A stretch of 62,000 nt of DNA from Octopus vulgaris. Lineage: Eukaryota. Below are positions 26,764 through 40,770 of the stretch, in pieces. The translations under genes were made by a program, and so were the position numbers. Position 1 is the stretch's first letter, and every line of letters starts with the position of its first letter. The stretch covers positions 118,006,001 through 118,068,000 of the forward strand of contig OX597817.1 in assembly GCA_951406725.2 (NCBI GenBank). The letters are read 5' to 3'. The notes below the pieces were generated by a model. That model made no database searches. It worked only from the letters and a program-made list of their open reading frames with translations, and was not told the DNA's origin.

Positions 26764-27669
26764 TATATGTATATACGAGTGTGCGTATTTGCATCCATCT
26801 GCTTCACTAATGTATAGTTGTCGTCACTTAATGGCTGTATTTCTAATTGTTATATCACGTGATGTTGAAACTAAAGTAAGCAAGTTAAAATTACGAATTC
26901 TGAATACAATTGATGTTATCATACTAGCCCGGTGTTAATTTGAAAGTTTGAACTTGAAAGTAATAAAACTAGCGCATCGTTATTTCGTTCTCTCTAATTT
27001 AGCTGTATGGAATCAATGGAAGCCAGTCGTACAGATACAATTATATCTCCCATCACACAGTACGAGAGAAGCCTGTTCTGAGAATTTGTTGATTTCTAAC
27101 GAGTTTATACAGGCAATATTTCTCTCTCATAATGGGAAATACTAAAACGTACACGGAATTTTATAGAGTTTTCATGATTTCCTATTATACATTTACAGGA
27201 AGACTATGAAATTATAAAAACATGATTAGGCTTTATTTTTCCAATACGCATTTAAATGATTGTAATATAGCCGTGGCTTGGTGTTATTATTAGATTTAAC
27301 ATTACAGGGATGTGAGGACTTTATTGAATTAACATCCATCTAACAAGGACTTTTAACTTTGTCTGTTACAAAAAAAAAATAAAACTTCACTTTTGTATAT
27401 TTTCTCTGTAGTCGATCGAAGGCTCAAGACCTATCTATTTGTATAACTTGAAAATCTTTATCTGCTGACCTATGCTTTGTTAAACTAAATAAATGTTCTC
27501 TATATTTTCTCATTCTTATTATTCATATATATATATATAACGATTTAAATTAGTGAGTATGTATTTTATTTCACATGTATATATGAGTGTAGTTATACTT
27601 TTGCGTTGCCGGGTGTATGCTTGTAAGTATTTTTTTTATATATCCATATCTAGTTAGAGTTAAAAGTAA

Positions 27670-27712
<43 letters not shown>

Positions 27713-28084
27713 CACATATGAATGAATACTGAAACCTAGCAATAGTATAAATTTAGAAATGTTAAATTAAATTGAACCAATATATTACTGGCTATTCTTT
27801 GATTTAACTCTGAATGTGAAAAAGTAAATTCTGCTGACTCTGTATTTCCGTTTAGAACTGAAAACTTTAGCGTATATTACAGGTTCTTTAAATTGCATTC
27901 GACTTGCAATTCTCTAATAAAGGAACAATGATGAAGACAATAAACCGCATATGTATACTGAGTTAAGTTCTCGCAGCTACCTTTTCCAAGCATTTACTTC
28001 CATTTCGCTCCACAGGGCTGTCAATTTCACTTGCTCCGGTTTAATTCTGTAAGATCGCAAAGCTCCTTTTTATGATACGTCTCA

Positions 28085-30660
28085 CTGGGTTACTTTCCAC
28101 GATAGTTAACACCCAAGTACCAATCTCAAGATCCTACATGTCCTCATTGAAGCAGTTTTTCATCATACTCTACCACAATTTATCCAGCAAATTTCTCAAA
28201 CCCGGTTGTTAATGCTCCCAGGTAAACTACAACTACTACTGAAATAACAGTTACTCTCTTCATCGACCACAGTCGTGCAATTTCATTTAGAAATTTGCAT
28301 TTTTCAATCTATTCCAATACTTTAGCCCCCACTCCTGCATTCTCATATATGGCAACATCTATGGTCTTATCTCCTACTTGAGTTTAGCACTACAGCAATG
28401 TCTGATGTCTGAGTATCAATCACTGAGTCACAATGAATAGTAAAATCACTTAAAATCATATACTCATTCTTGGTGACACCTTTTGATTCATATTCGTACC
28501 ATTTCTCTGCACATTCAAAAGCATACTTCTCACAGAATCTTCAGTGAAGTCACTTGGTTGCTATATCATGTATCGTTTCGTATCCCCCATGGGCTCACTC
28601 ATAATACGTAAGATTGTTTCGGCTGTGATGTCACACATCCTAAAAGCGGTGAGCCACTGTGATTAACTATATGGAACTTGGTGTAATTACTTCTCAGAGA
28701 CTGTTCCGGGGCGCTGCATATCAATGCCTCAGTGAATCCTTTCATATCCCTTTTCCTCAGCAATTTCCAATTATTCATCTTACTTTTACTTTCCCTTTCT
28801 CAGAGGCGTTGCGCACGCATCGCTTTCACTTTCCAATTGTTTAATGTGTTCTTCATCTTTGTTTCTTAAAATTACTTTCTGTGGGCCACATTTCCATTAG
28901 GTATCGTGTTGTTTCTAACAGTAGCGAACAAATGTTCAATTAACTGTATGATGTACCATCCCAAATGATGTTCTTCGCTGATAACACAAAACGTGCATCC
29001 TATGAAAACTCCTCCTTCTCCTTTGTATCTAGTTACATAAAAGGGGGTACCCAAAAGTAACTGGAAACGTTTATCTGTGAGACAGGCCCTTTGTTGTACA
29101 GGCTTCCACCGCTAAAAGCCTATTGATAAAACCCTCAGGTATCAGTCTGCCAACTAGCGCCGTCAAGTGAATACCTAGTGCAACGTGGTGAGTCTTTGTT
29201 TGCTGTGCTCCTCCCCTGTTCACCAACTTATTTGCGGTTGCTGCAACAAAGTAACAGTTAGCTTCCGTGAAATTCTCTTTTATGCTGGGGAAAACGACGG
29301 CCGAAACAACTGCCATACTTCAAACAGCTTACAAGTGCGCTGCCATGAGCGAAACACAAGTTTACGAGTGGTTTTTACTCTTTAGGAATAAGCACTTGTG
29401 CTTGAAGATCAAACACGGTAAGGGTGACCATCGACCTCTCGAACGAATGAAAACATCATGAAAATTCACGAACTGATCTTAGAAGACCATCGCCAAACAA
29501 TTGACGAACTAGTTGATATTGTGTCCTGGAGATCCTGCCAACGAATTTTCAGGGAGGAATTGTAAATTAAAAAAGTTGCAGCAACATTTGCGCCGCGCTT
29601 GGTCAGGGAAGATCAAAAGTAGTTACAACCGAATGTGCGTCGTGAATTGAAAGAACAGGTGAAAGTTGATCTGATAATTTTTCAGAAAGTCATCACTGGT
29701 AACGAAATTTGGTGATACGGCTTCGACCCGAAAACAAAGCAGCAATCAAGTCAATGGAAGCATTCAATGTCAGCACGCTCCCTCCAAATCGCGTGAGGTG
29801 CTGATTTTATTCATTAATGTGACAGGAATTGTTCACACAGAATTTGTTCCTCCTGGTCAAACTGCTAAACTGGCATTTTACTTGGCAGTTCTGAAGAGTT
29901 CTGAAAACACTCCGACCTGTGGCAAAATAGAAAGTGGTAAATTCATCACGACAATGCTCCTGCGCACAACACTTTGGGACAATTTTTGCCAGAAATGGCA
30001 TGACCTCGCTTACCTACACTCCCTTTTCGCCCGATTATGCTCCCAAAGACTGATTTTTGTTCCCCCGAATTAAAAGGTCCTTAAAGGTAAACGTTTTGCC
30101 GATGTGAAAGATGTGAAGAAAAAAACCGACGGAGGCGTTAAAAGACATCACTTCGCAAAAGTTCCAGGAGTGCTTCGAACAGTGGAAAACGTATCTGAAC
30201 AAACGTTTTGCTTCAAATGGAGAATACTTTGAAGTCGATATAAATGTAAATATATAAAACTAAATGAATAAAATAATATTGCAAAATTCCAGTTTTTCTT
30301 TGGTTCCTCTTCGTACTGTCTATCGATATCACATTCGGGGTGCAGCACCTTGTTCACTGTCATCACTTGCCTGTTTTTTCTCTATACGTTTCCTCAAGTT
30401 CGGTCTTTGTCGGTCTAACAGCGCCTGCAACGTATCGTATTAAGGAGACCGCCCATTTATTCATTGCACTGTTTTTATTATTAACTTTGAGTCTACACGC
30501 TATAATTAATTTGGTTTTCTGAGGTATTCTCGACTTTAGCTTTCCTTCATCGCACTCACCTTGATTTCGTTATGCTCCAAAATACCCGACTGTGTTCATA
30601 CAAAATTGTTGTCACTTAGAATTCACAGACTCAGCTAATATCACAAAACCATTATTTATG
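28085..30660 (-). mobile_element. R4/Dong-type RLE retrotransposon interrupted by a mariner
   Basis: Fragments KWAVSLIRY and VMTVNKVLHPECDIDRQY (30316-30650) continue past the mariner into YVTR... and then decayed zinc-finger/RLE/C-terminal sequence (28085-29039). Confidence 0.7.
29040..30313 (+). mobile_element. Mariner-family transposon, decayed, with TA duplication
   Basis: Degenerate TIRs aaagggggtacccaaaagtaactggaa / aattccagtttttctttggttcctcttcg; TA at 29038-29039 and 30314-30315. Motifs FMLGKTTAET, QVYEWF, VITGNEIW*YGFDPKTKQQSSQWK and HHDNAPAH. Confidence 0.9.
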
Positions 30661-30719
30661 GACACAGTGATATGCTAGCGCTTATACTCTATGAGTACAA
30701 ACTTAATTATTTCACTAAA

Positions 30720-31430
30720 GAGATGCTTAATATTTTCGTCTCCTTTTTCATAGATTCTGCTTTTGACCACTGTGCGTATTTTCACAATCTATGCCAGCAT
30801 CAGAACAATTCTAATGGCTTGTATCACAGTGACTACAATTCGTGTTCTTGATTCAGATTTCTCTCTGTCAGCAGCAATCAGCTTTCTTTACATATTGGAT
30901 TCATTGCATGAATTCTTCATTTTATTCCATATCCTAAATATTTGCCCTACCTTCCATCTAAGTTTGAATTCTACTGTGTGTGGATATGTTTTTCATATTT
31001 CTATCTGTCCATAGTATACTTTCTGCTCTACATAGAACATAGTTCTACAAACATAAAATTGTTAATGGAGTTATCTGTATTTAACAAGCATTTGTATTTT
31101 TCTCTCGAATTCCTCTAGTTCTATCTTAGTCTATTTTTGAAAAGGAGCCGTGGATCTTAATACTGGCGTGGTCCATATATTCATTACGTTGACAATATTC
31201 TCTCTGCTTTTCTCTTTTTTTTCGAAAGTCTTCCTACTGCTTCTTTTGATATCTTTGGAAATATTCTTTCTCGTATCTCCTTTCCATCACCCTATCATCA
31301 TGCAACATCCTAGTTATCTTCCTCGTTCATTATTTCACAGTGATCTATGACATTTTTTAATGCTGTAATTTTACACCATTAGAGTTTATCTTCACGCCTC
31401 TTTTCATACTTAATACAGCGCACTTATTTA
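30720..31430 (-). mobile_element. Additional old R4/Dong-type fragment
   Basis: Minus-strand pieces MKRGVK..SNGVKL, KEYFQR and NIVNVMNIWTTPVLRS resemble the clade's post-RT region; heavily decayed. Confidence 0.5.
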
Positions 31431-34393
31431 CCCACACTGTTTTCCAATATTCTTGTTGAATACTCTTACAGTTTAGATTAGAAAATTGAAATGCTTTTCA
31501 TTTTTTGTGTACATTTTCCGGTGATACATATTGAGACTTTTATTTTCACTGTTTCGACAAAATCTTAGGATGGCTTGGAATTTCACAATATGATTGTGTG
31601 AGCGACTAACATAAACTACAATGAAGTGAAGAATTTTTCATGGAATATAGACTTGCATACTTTCACTTTTCCTAACGATTCATTGCCTTATTTTCAAAAA
31701 ACACAAAAGCGGAAAAAGTTCTTATCTTATCATTGACCCCCAACGGGCGTCCTCAAGGACTGCCCCAACCCAAACTATGGAACATTATCACAAACTTTCT
31801 TCTACTCTATCATACAAAAACTCGTGTTCTCTCTTATTCATACTTTAATATCATGCTATCAATTTATAGCAATTACCAATGACTCAGAGATAATTTTCTA
31901 AATTTTTTCGCCGCCTAGTAAAAACCAGCTTCTCTAGAATCTAGCATGAAGGCAATTTAGTTATTTCCACATTTTATAAACCTATAATTATTGACATCAC
32001 CTCTGTTTTTTATCCTTCGGTATTAGCACTGATTTTCTTTTTGGCATTCCATTTTCTATGCAGTCAACAATCAAAAGGTCAGATATTGCAATGAGAAACT
32101 TTTGAGTCAGAATACCTGTACACCACCAGGTTCGAAGGCTTTCCCTTTTAGTATTTGTTTTAAACTATTTTGCATTTAAATTGACATTTTCCATAGCCCG
32201 TCTAATTCCATTTTATCTACATGTTGGTTCGTAATTAATTCCTGTGGAAACTAGAGCTCTTGAAGCGCATCTATTTCGAGCTAGACTAAAGGTATGTTGT
32301 GTTGATGTATGCAAATGACCTTTCCGTAAGAGCCCTATACACCAAAGAATAGGAGGTACTTAAGGACATTCTAATTAAAGTGGTGGCGATTGCAGAATTA
32401 AATGATATATTAGGACGTGTTGGTAATTGAAACAGAAAACCAAGCTATCGAACAGCTCATTGTTTGCTGAACAGAGAAAGTAGTTAAGGAGATCGGGGGT
32501 CAGTTTAGTTTGATAAGAAGTGATGCGAAGGAACAGAGAAGAAAGAATATCTGTTGGGCAGCATATGTAGCAATTTCAATGTTTATTGAAAATTTTAAAA
32601 TTTGGTATATTGACGTAATTTCCCACGCTGAATCGCATGAAACATTTAACTTTTTCCAGAAAATATTTCAAAACGTTAGAGGCTGAAAGTTTGATCATTT
32701 TTACTTACTACTTATTCAGGATTTGCAAGCTGCCATTTTGTGCGTGACAGTACATGTTGTCAAATGAAATATTGTCGGAATTCTACTGTACTCACGCACT
32801 ATAACCTTTCATAGCATGTTTTATTGTTTGGAATTTTCAGAAATGATTTGCGAATTTGTACTCTACACACACGAATTCATACGATTGTGCAAAATCAAAA
32901 ACAAAAATGGGATTCGTTACTTAGGGCCTATTTATCTGTTATTTTTAGCACGTCTCAGACCACCCTAATGAGTAGAATATATCTGTCGAACCATGTGCTT
33001 TCTCACAGATAAAAAACTTCTCATGCTTAGCTTGTTACTATGTAAATAGCCTTATATTTGGCTAAAATTACCCCAGCATTTGAAAGATTTAAACTCATTA
33101 TTTATTGATTTATGGCAAAAAGTAATTTTGTGCCAATGATCAGCGTACAAAACTATCATTATACCAAATATGAAATCAATTTGAACAAACATTGAAGAAA
33201 TTGAAAAGTGATAACCTAACAGAAAAGATCCCTGGGAACAAATTACGAAGAAGGTGGCCAGCTTCATTCAGAAAACGATTTAGAGAAATGTATTCATCCT
33301 AGGTTGAGAGGATCTACTCAATGATTATGTAACATCTATCATCTACTGCTGGCTAAAAAAACTTGCTTTACTCTTGGTCTGCTCTGAAAGTAATCGAGCG
33401 TTTTCACTGTCATTCCTTGTGTGTTTGTATGCGTGTGTGTGTGTGTGCATGTGTGCGCATGTGTATGTGTGCGTGTGTGTGTGTGAAATTAACACCATCC
33501 ACTGATTAGGCATTCCATCTACCGTAAAATAACCGTGTGTATGACTGAGTACGACATATGTGAAATTCTCTTTATACACAAAGTCTGCAAGTTCTCACGT
33601 TTCGGTGACGGAAAAAACATGTGGTACTCGTTCATGAGGTGTAGTTTCCTACATCAGGTCTCTTTGGCAGATCTGGATTATGTAAAAGTCAATCGTTTAT
33701 ATACTCAAGCATCAGCCTGATTTTATGAAATACGTTTTCCCGTTATGAGAGAGGGATAATGCTTGAATAATCTCAAGGTATGTTTCCACGGGTAAAAGAA
33801 TCTACAGACACTGCTATTTGGCAAATGGAGTGAGTGAAAGGTGCAAAGATCAGCCTGAGAGTAATGATGGAGCCGATATAGCAAGAGGAATTACTTCCTC
33901 TAAGCCCATTTCTGAGTGAGATTGTCCACCCTGATCGTAACCGTCTCACATTTCGCCCTGGAAGAAGACACAGGCATTCAATTCATATAACTAATTTTCA
34001 ATCAGTGCCAAACTGTCCCCTTTATCAAGTGCATCAGAAAAGATATATATGAATTTAGGACATGGTAATTAGACGTGCTATCCGAGATTAACTCATTTTA
34101 TATGATTAATAACTTTTATTGTCACAATAATGAGAGCAATCATATTAATTTAAAATGTCATTTAATACAAATCTATAAATATTTACCAATACTTATCAAA
34201 CTAGCGCAAGACAATATAATTAATAATCAATGTTTCCACAAGATGAAATAAGTATTTAAGAATCAGATTCAACGTGAAGTTTCCCCATAGGATTCTTCAA
34301 GTAATTAAGAAATGATATTACTTTTCAAATAAAGTAAATATAGTTATACAGTTCGTATAATGAATATATGTGTGTGTATTTCATGTAAGTTTG

Positions 34394-34480
34394 TATGTAT
34401 GCATGTATGTATGTATGTATGTATGTATGTATGTATGTATGTATGTATGTATGTATGTATGTATGTATGTATGTATGTAT
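34394..34480. repeat. (TATG)n microsatellite
   Basis: Directly visible. Confidence 0.97.
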
Positions 34481-35618
34481 GAATGGCTGGGTGGGTGAGT
34501 TGATGGATAGAAGGATGTTTATATTTATAAATACTGTATCTTGTCTGTTAAGAGTAAAAATAGATTTCCTGTGGCTTCCTCTTATGTTTAGAGCTCCGCA
34601 AGTATTATATTTCACTCTGCTTCCAGTATCATGGTTAGACAATTACTATACTTTACAGTATTGTTTAGTTAAGATATCGAGAACAAATATAAGAAAAACC
34701 ACGGTAAAAATACGTGTATATTATTTATTCCTACATCTATTTCAATGTGTTGGCTGTTTGGATCCGTGCAGTGGATATTCCAACTGCAACTGGGTTTTTG
34801 ACCACCATGCATCAACAGGGAGCACTTTACATCATTGAATTTCTTACACCTTTTCTCTTTGGGCATTATATAAAGAAAGTATCAAAGTTTGAATTACAGT
34901 CAATTTATTTTATTAACAATGAGTGCAGAAGAAACCTGACATTATTCACAACAAATATAAAGAAATTTATCAATATTGCCATATTGCGTATAAAAGTGTA
35001 TGATAGTGTGAGAATGCATCGGCAATTCAAAAGTTTTACGTTCCATTCCATAATACAAAAACTAACATTATACGATCAATATACTTAACGTATTATGAAT
35101 TCGTCTGAAATAAACTCATGGCTTGTATTTAAGGAAAATTCAAACCATCAAACCAGAAAAAAAGGCGATGAAATATTTTTTAAACTAGAGAGTATTTTCT
35201 TAAAATGCTGCATTCCATCTTACTACGCTAAAGTACATCGCACACTAAGGTTCTTACTCGTCCGCTATGCCCTATATGATTGATAATAAATCCAAACACC
35301 AACAAAGAAACGAAATATTAAAGGAAAAAGACATGTGCAAATTGAAAAGGAATGCCTGTAAAATACTGAATGAGTTCCAATGTACCGCAATACCCAAACA
35401 TCTCAAATTTGTAGGAGAAATCTCAGCAGCGTTTGCAGAAGGAAGATTATGCAAATTGAATTAGTTTATTAAATCATTTCAGGAACTAATATATTGATTG
35501 TCCTCTTCCTCTTATAAAAGTTGTTTTTACTCAAAATATTATTATTAAATACAGTGATGCTTGTGCTATCTTTATAAAAAGCATACATTGTAAAGGCTTC
35601 CCCAGATATATAGATATA

Positions 35619-36962
35619 TTAGGTCGTCAAGTATGAAATTTGTAGAAAACGTAAAAGAGTTTCCTAATGTTTTATAAATACAATGAATTGTTTTATTCAT
35701 CAATGTATACATCCATATTGTCAATATTCTTTTCACATTTCAGCGCTAGCTAGCCCAGCCCGGAACTGTAAAAGCCTGGCAATCTATGGTCAATAAAATT
35801 TTAGAAGGCCTGTTTTACAGCATCGTCGGAATTAATGTTTTCCTATCGAAAAGTTATCCAAATTCTGGAAGAAGAGTAGTCAGTGGAGGTAAGATCAGGT
35901 GAGTTTGGTGGACGATGGAGAACTTCCAACTCCAATTCCTATAGTTTCGTTAATCTCATTTTTGCGATGTTGTCTAGGTTTGTCTTGCAATAAAATAGGA
36001 TTGGATCTGTTGACTAATCTAGGCTGTTTTTTTTCTGTAAGTTTCTGCATCATTTGCTCCAGTTGGCTACAGTATACGTTGGCCGTGATTGATAAGCCAG
36101 GTTTAAGGAAATGATAATGGATCACACCTGCGCCAGACTACCAAACACACCCCATCAGCTTCTTTTGATGAATTTTGCATTTTAGACTGTGTTTCGGTGG
36201 CTCGTCTTTCTCAAACCATTGTGCTGGACGTTTACCGTTGTTGTATTGGATCCATTTCTCATCACATGTTACAATTCGATTAAAAGATTATTCATTATTT
36301 GGCGATCTTTCGTTACAAGAACACACGACTGCTAGTGACAAACCACATGTGCTTATTAACATTTGTGAAGATGATCGTGAATCGGAAGAATTGATGTACG
36401 TGCGTGCGTGTGAGTGTGAATGTGAGTGTATGTGTGTGTTTGATAGGGTGGGTGAGGCAGAAAGTGTGGTGTGTAAGTGAAGTGCTTTTGTTACTATCGT
36501 TAAAAACGATAATTCACGGGCACTTTGAGATGGACTTGATTCGATGGTGGCTTTCAGTTCTTCATTATCCACCTTTGTTTCTGGTCGACCGCGTTTCTCA
36601 TTTGTAAGGTCGACGTTACCGGAACGATACTTTGCAAACCACTTTAATACTGTCTGCTCTGCAATATCATTAGAATGAAATAGTCCATTAATATTCCGAG
36701 CTGTCTGCGATGCTGTATTTCCAAGAAAAATGTCATTTCAAACTGTACAAAATTTCCGACTTACCCATCTGTAAACACAAATAGCCAAAAAAAAACGATT
36801 TATAAATACTTTATAAAGCACAAAATGTGTTGCGAAAAAGAGATCGATGTGTCAGCTTTCTAACAAAAGATAAAGGTTGTCAAAATATAATAATGGTGCA
36901 AAATGAGCAGCCGTTAATGATTACCATATACCTTACTAAAATTTTCATACTTGATGACCTAA
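35619..36962 (-). mobile_element. Mariner (Hsmar1/cecropia-like) transposon, decayed
   Basis: TIRs ttaggtc(g/a)tcaagtatgaaa at both ends with TA flanks. Protein pieces DNEELKATIESSPSQSAREL and IHYHFLKPGLSITANVYCSQL...LVNRSNPILLQD resemble the Hsmar1-type transposase. A (TG)n-like tract is inserted at about 36400-36480. Confidence 0.88.
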
Positions 36963-37812
36963 TATATATATATACATACAGACACACAGACGCCCAAACA
37001 ATCATACAGTGTACACACATACACATTTAGTCATATATATATATATACACATACATAGATGCGTGCATACAGACACACATATATACATACACACACACGT
37101 ACTTATATATGTATATATATATATGTGTGTGTTTCTATACACCAGAGAGAGAGAGAGAATTGAGGTAGTAATGCATTCTGACCTTGCTAAGTATCAAGAC
37201 TAATTCCGTCAGATGTTGTCAATATATGAATATTTAATCAATGATTACCCTGTCATATCAAAAATTATTTCACCTATAGGAATATATATTGAAAACAGAG
37301 AAATATCATTATGAAAAAATAAGCTACTTCGACACTTCAGAAATTGTTTACTGCTGCGTCTCTAATTAAATACACCTGTGCAAAACTTTCAGACTGAGAG
37401 ATTCATCCTTGAGTTTGTTTACTGAAATATTCTATAAGTATATGCAGTACAACATTTCTATATAACTAATTTCTAATTAAAATATGGAATAGCCCAAAGC
37501 CTCGATATTGAATGTATTTATGAATAAAGATAGGATTAAAAAATTTTAATATTTGTGAAATATATTGGCTGGTTTAAGAATAATATATTTTTACAACAAA
37601 CGGTATTCTTAAATCAGTTCATGTTGATTTATATGAATATACTAAAATACGAATACCTAATTTAACCCATCATCTATACTCGTGCCTGTATGCGTGGCTC
37701 GCGTTTATTGGTGGATACGGGCATGCAATTTAGAGAAATTTAAAAAGATGTAGAATTTTATATACAAACATATACATAGATATGTGCGTGTGTGTGTGCC
37801 TGTGTGTGTGCT

Positions 37813-37863
<51 letters not shown>

Positions 37864-37929
37864 TTATATATATATATGACTGCCTAGCCATCTCTTTATA
37901 TATATATATATATGACTGCCTAGCCATCT

Positions 37930-37972
<43 letters not shown>

Positions 37973-37978
37973 AAGGAG

Positions 37979-38069
37979 CTTCTACCGGACTAGAACTATT
38001 TCATTCAAAAGAAATCATCAGGAAGCCTGATGATTTCTTTTGAATGAAACAGTTCTAGTCCGGTAGAAG
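37979..38069. repeat. Near-perfect 44-bp hairpin with a 3-nt loop
   Basis: 37979-38022 is the reverse complement of 38026-38069 with one mismatch; loop aag; lies next to (TA)n. Confidence 0.95.
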
Positions 38070-38196
38070 ATCATTCTATAAAATAAATTAATTTACTCTG
38101 CTATGTATTGAGTACCTTATTTACTATGGTTAACCCCGACTCAACCCGGGACCTACATATATATATATATATAGATAGATTATAGATAGATAGATT

Positions 38197-38248
<52 letters not shown>

Positions 38249-38354
38249 GATAGATAGATGGATAAGCACACATACGTATACATACATCTATATATATATA
38301 CATATGTATGTATATATATATACATTTATATATTCACATGTATATATATTTATA

Positions 38355-39515
38355 CTAGCGGAAGGTGACCCGCTCTACGCGCGGGTAAGAGTGTGGTTGT
38401 TATTTTCTGTTGCTTCCTTTCAGCACGTAAAAAGCACCATCCGAACGTGGCCGATTGCAGCGCCGCCTCGACTGGCTTCTGTGCCGGTGGCACGTAAAAA
38501 GCACCAACCGATCGTTGCCGCTGCCAGCCCCCCTGGCACCTGTGCCGGCGGCACGAAAAAAGCATCCACTACACTCACAGAGTGGTTGGCGTTAGGAAGG
38601 GCATCCACCTGTAAAAAACACTGCCAGATCAGACTGGAGCCTGGTGCAGCCTCCTAGCTTCCCAGACCCCGGTCAAACTGTCCAACCCGTGCTAGCACAG
38701 AAAACGGACGTTAAACGATGATGATGATAATGATTCTCCCTCTTTGTTTCTCTCTCACTTTCCCACTCTCTTACTTTTCTTTTCTCTCGGACTCTCCCTC
38801 GCTTTCTCTTACTCTCTATCTTTATCTATCTGTCTCCCATTTATAAACAACAGAAGATCTTGAGTAAGTTGAGAAATAAAATATTTAGAAAGATCAATCA
38901 TAAATATCAGGCAGTGGCAACGGAAAGGTCTGCTTCAAGGCAGACAGCAAAACACTAACATTTAAAAGGGACAGACGAACTTGCGAGCTGAATAAAAGTA
39001 ATAAAATATTGGAAACCAAAGTTTGAATGGATAGAATCTGAGGATAGTAGAGTCACCACGGCTGGCATTTCTTAACGACGGACAGCAACGTATTGACAGT
39101 TCAACGGCTGGCGTAAAATTTTGAAATTGATGTAAAAGAAAATTCGTAAACACCAAGTTTTAAAGTGATTCTTTCTCACGACAGTAGACTCACCATGGCA
39201 ATCATTCAAAACTTCTTTATTATGGACGGCAACACATTGACGATTAAAAGGCTGGCGCAAATTTTTTAGCTTGATGTAACAGAGAATTCCTAAACACCCG
39301 CTCCTTGAAATTTGAATCCCCTTCTAGCCCCATTTAGACCCCTTTTCACATTTTGGTTAATATAACCCGATTTCATTCGGGTCTACTGAGGAATTTTGTC
39401 CTAGAGGTGACGCCTTTCTTTGAGGAAAAAAATAGTTGTCATGCAAACTTGCCAGCACTTTTAACATAGGTGTGCATATTTTCAGCTGAATCGACCGACT
39501 ACGTAATGCACACAT

Positions 39516-39571
<56 letters not shown>

Positions 39572-40426
39572 CACGCATTATATATACAAATGTATACAAA
39601 TGAGATATATATCTGTATAAATTAAATTAGAGATAAAACCACTAATAGGCAAATCAAACAGTGAAAAACCAAAAACAAAAACATTAAAAAAAAATATAAT
39701 ATAGAAAATATAGAAAATATAAAATTGAAAAATTTAAACTATTTAAATTGAAAATGAAAATTATTAAATTATATTTATAATATGTTTAAAAATATATATA
39801 AACTATGAAAAAGTATGAAAAAGTTTAAGATACATAAATACAGATATATACACTTTGTATATATACATTATATATACATATTTATATATAGAACACACAC
39901 ACACACATACATTATATATACATATTTATATATAGAACACACACACACATACACACATATATATTATATATACATATTTATATATAGAACACACACACAC
40001 ACACACACACATATAAACGAACGCAAGAATATCTGATTCATAATATTTGTTCTCATGCTCGTGTGTTGTTGGGGACAGACATATACTTAAAAGAACGCCG
40101 CCGAAGTGATGGGAAGGTAGGAAACAGAGTCAGTGAAAAAGAGAGGAAATAGCGAGAGTGACAGATACTTTAAATAACGGTAGTGGAGCTCTCAAAGTTA
40201 TAAATAAAGGGGAGTAAGAGAGGGAAAGGAGGAAATAGCGTGAGTGAGGACGATGGCCCCTAGCAACCATACCTTTTAAGATAGGGATTTCTAAGGTAGC
40301 TCATGAGCATCGTCACCTCATTCTACATGTCCCTGTAAATTTTGGAGCGAATCGGACGGGTGGTAGCGGCATTGAAAGCGATCCAAGCGGTAAAAACGCA
40401 TTTCAGTTTTATATATAGAGAAGAGA
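38355..40426 (-). mobile_element. Non-autonomous Helitron (third family) with nested SINE and repeats
   Basis: 3' hairpin acccgc/gcgggt plus CTAG|T at 38355; candidate 5' end TCTCTTCTCTATATATAAAACTG at about 40426; internal diverged tandem repeat at about 39045-39300. Linking the two ends is an inference. Confidence 0.55.
38423..38734 (+). mobile_element. 5'-truncated SINE with a (GAT)n tail
   Basis: Three internal gcacgtaaaaagcacc-like repeats (38423, 38490, 38551), a ggcgttaggaagggcatcc block, and a terminal aaacgatgatgatgat. Confidence 0.75.
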
Positions 40427-40472
40427 TATATATACACGCATATATATACACATATATATATGTATATATATA

Positions 40473-40543
40473 TCTCTATATATAAAATTGAAATGCGTTT
40501 TTACCTCTTGGATCGCATTCAATGCCACTATGTCCCGTCCGAT
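40473..40543 (+). mobile_element. Inverted partial copy of a Helitron 5' end
   Basis: Reverse complement of 40351-40421 with about 7 mismatches in 71 bp, across a (TA)-rich spacer. Confidence 0.8.
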
Positions 40544-40671
40544 ATATGGATACAGCTAATTATGGATATATTTGCATACCCATGTCCGGGGTTAACATTG
40601 GTAATTTATACCGGTAAAAATAACGAATATTCTTAGCCATTAAACGGTTATTGCAAATGCTAACTCTCTTA

Positions 40672-40770
<99 letters not shown>

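Noticed and set aside
26411-26938. Long YIYIYI-type ORFs here and at many other (TA)n arrays
   Set aside because: These are translations of microsatellites that happen to lack stops.
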